A DNA stretch of 63,633 nt, counting the filler, from Neolecta irregularis DAH-3 (taxonomy: Eukaryota): NCBI GenBank assembly GCA_001929475.1. It is 18 parts of 18 records of this genome, joined end to end, with 100 filler letters (N's around TTAATTAATTAA, not from the genome) between each part and the next. Parts side by side here need not be neighbours in the genome. Positions count along the whole stretch, not along the records: positions 62,293 to 63,633 come from LXFE01001682.1; 17 more parts are not named here. One strand, 5' to 3'. The notes beneath the pieces were generated by a model. The model made no database searches. It saw only the letters and a program-made list of their open reading frames with translations, and was not told the DNA's origin. Shown here in pieces: positions 62,883-63,633 of the stretch (position 1 is the stretch's first letter; every line of letters begins with the position of its first letter). The translations under genes and the position numbers were made by a program.

Positions 62883-63633
62883 ATATTCCGATTGGTTTAA
62901 AATATACATAGACGCACAGGAAATACATAATATGCTTTTGTACGAACTGGTCTCAGTCTTTGGAGGAAGCATTCATCGCCAAAGCGGTTGATCAATATCC
63001 TGCGAACGAACCACCAATATGAAAAGAGCGATCCCCTTCAAAGACACTTTACATTATGGTGTAGACACGCAGGTGGTGGAGTTGCCCCCGGAGGGAGGAC
63101 AAAAGCGGGAACTAGTTTCTGTCAGTAAGTCCATTAGACCTCCATACCTGCCACAGCAAGGCAAAGGATGGCGAAATAAAGATATGTCATAGTCCAGGGG
63201 TTGTGATCAAGTATAGGTTGTTTAGGTGTGATGAAAGACGACTGAAAGTGGAAGACTGAGGACAATTTATGTAGGGAAGGGGTCATCAGGGTTACGCAAG
63301 TCCGATTTGACCCACCTCTTGTTGACTAGATATTCCATTTAGAGCAATGTGATACAACGACCGATGTATAATGTAAAGAGAACACTCTATTGCACGATAT
63401 CGGTCATGTCTATTACATACTTTCTAAATCGAAATCTAGGGTGGCAAGATTTAAGGGTGGTTTCAGTTCAAGGTCATAGTGAGGTAAGGGGTGGTGCAAA
63501 CAAAGAGTGGGTTACGTGATTAGCTTGAATTTTAAGTGTATTTGCATTTTGATAATACGACAATTATTTATCAATTGATATCTCTCGGACGAATATGTAT
63601 ATCCGCAGGGAGTTACGCCAGTGAAAAAAGAAC

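Overview
Eukaryotic (fungal, ascomycete) draft-genome sequence, not a contiguous locus. It consists of 18 short contigs joined by 17 artificial 100-nt spacers (N44-TTAATTAATTAA-N44), so gene order across spacers is meaningless. Gene-dense contigs carry intron-rich housekeeping genes: GH16, NTH1, NPL4, SEC66, SNX4, SUR2, LCB2, SMD2, TUF1, UTP4, GAB1/PIG-U, THOC1, a hotdog thioesterase, cdc4/MLC1, SME1, RPA43, RPS24, MRPL8 and GDB1. Repeat-rich contigs carry three solo-LTR families, a dead Ty3/gypsy pol, a Fot1/pogo transposase relic, DNA-transposon ends, two 5S rRNA gene halves, a decayed RSE1/SF3B3 fragment and lineage-specific secreted proteins. The S. pombe-like cdc4 plus filamentous-ascomycete-type families suggest an early-diverging ascomycete (Taphrinomycotina, possibly Neolecta-like); this is inference. 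The most striking signal is the splicing code. Introns are almost all about 30-47 nt, only about a third of donors have the normally near-invariant +5G, and homology favours one GA-AG intron (RPA43), three GC-AG introns and a likely GAG acceptor. Second, one repeat contig is about 10-fold CpG-depleted, pointing to methylation-driven or RIP-like decay. All gene models and counts were made by hand and need RNA-seq confirmation.
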